Source of the DNA: an uncultured Gammaproteobacteria bacterium
GTDB lineage: Bacteria > Patescibacteriota > Microgenomatia > UBA8517
Assembly (NCBI GenBank): GCA_964489145.1
Contig: CAZAXL010000006.1
Span: forward strand, 1,614-65,613
Length of the DNA: 64,000 nt
Reading direction: 5' to 3'
This document shows positions 63,817-64,000 of this stretch, one piece after another (the first letter of the stretch is position 1; every line of letters begins with the position of its first letter). The notes below the pieces were generated by a model. That model was not told where the DNA came from. It saw nothing but the letters and a program-made list of their open reading frames with translations, and did not search any database. The translations under genes were made by a program, and so were the position numbers.

Positions 63817-64000
63817 CTCCAAAACTTTTTTGCCTCTCCACACAAAAAGGAAATGAATGATGGTTGATGATTTATGATTAAAATTTCAGGAGCGTATTCA
63901 ATGGGGATTATAAGACTTTAGCCTTAAAAATACCTAGTTGTGCTCAAAGCCCTATAAAACCTTTCGCTTTTTGATAAATTATCAGTAAAGTTTCTCTCTA

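Noticed and set aside
1-64000. CRISPR arrays or rRNA operons
   Set aside because: No regularly spaced direct repeats and no rRNA-like conserved stretches were seen anywhere in the window.

Overview
This 64 kb window is a gene-dense (~90% coding), AT-rich bacterial chromosomal segment. I found no rRNA and no CRISPR array, and I did not see an obvious prophage.

The gene content suggests a small-genome bacterium, possibly from the CPR/Patescibacteria; this is inference from content only. Supporting features are an archaeal-type triosephosphate isomerase, a class I aldolase, a split transketolase, a B12-dependent class II ribonucleotide reductase (RNR), an ATP-dependent DNA ligase, many small membrane hypotheticals and a Shine-Dalgarno consensus AAGGGGGTGA.

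Recognisable core genes:
- Translation and RNA: epmA-efp, trpS, a CsaA-like tRNA-binding protein, pth, a TrmH/SpoU methyltransferase.
- Central carbon metabolism: glutaredoxin-tpiA-rpiB-pgk, gap, LOG-family protein, tktA/tktB, fba, a PfkB-family kinase, a 2-hydroxyacid dehydrogenase.
- Cell envelope: two tandem class A PBPs, GT2 and GT4 glycosyltransferases, lepB, a DsbA-like protein, an FtsB-like protein, ftsH.
- DNA metabolism: nrdR-nrdJ-pduO, recF, mutM, a 5'-3' exonuclease, ATP-dependent ligase, an MGMT-like protein, a GIY-YIG nuclease, a Xer-like recombinase.
- Redox: trxA and trxB.

There are seven tRNA genes: Ile-UAU, two or three with a CAU anticodon, Glu, Lys and Gln. Three 5'-tRNA-fragment pseudo-copies sit immediately upstream of intact tRNAs.

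The main hunt results are:
- A perfect 28-bp direct duplication of the epmA start brackets an AAA-ATPase gene that sits next to a SET-domain gene and an RG-rich zinc-ribbon gene.
- A tandem triplet of paralogous secreted proteins shows a recent DNA-level repeat.
- A conserved module of a 5'-tRNA fragment plus a hairpin lies upstream of tRNA-Lys and tRNA-Gln.
- A genomically encoded tRNA-Ile(UAU) is present.
- Two tRNAs have an unusual C at T-loop position 55.
- The nrdR leader carries two NrdR-box-like sites spaced 32 bp apart.
- A VirD4/TraD-like coupling ATPase has no other secretion genes nearby.
- An orphan HEPN-like protein is present.
- A nucleotide-sugar dehydrogenase is C-terminally truncated.

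All calls come from reading the sequence and translations. No database search was possible.
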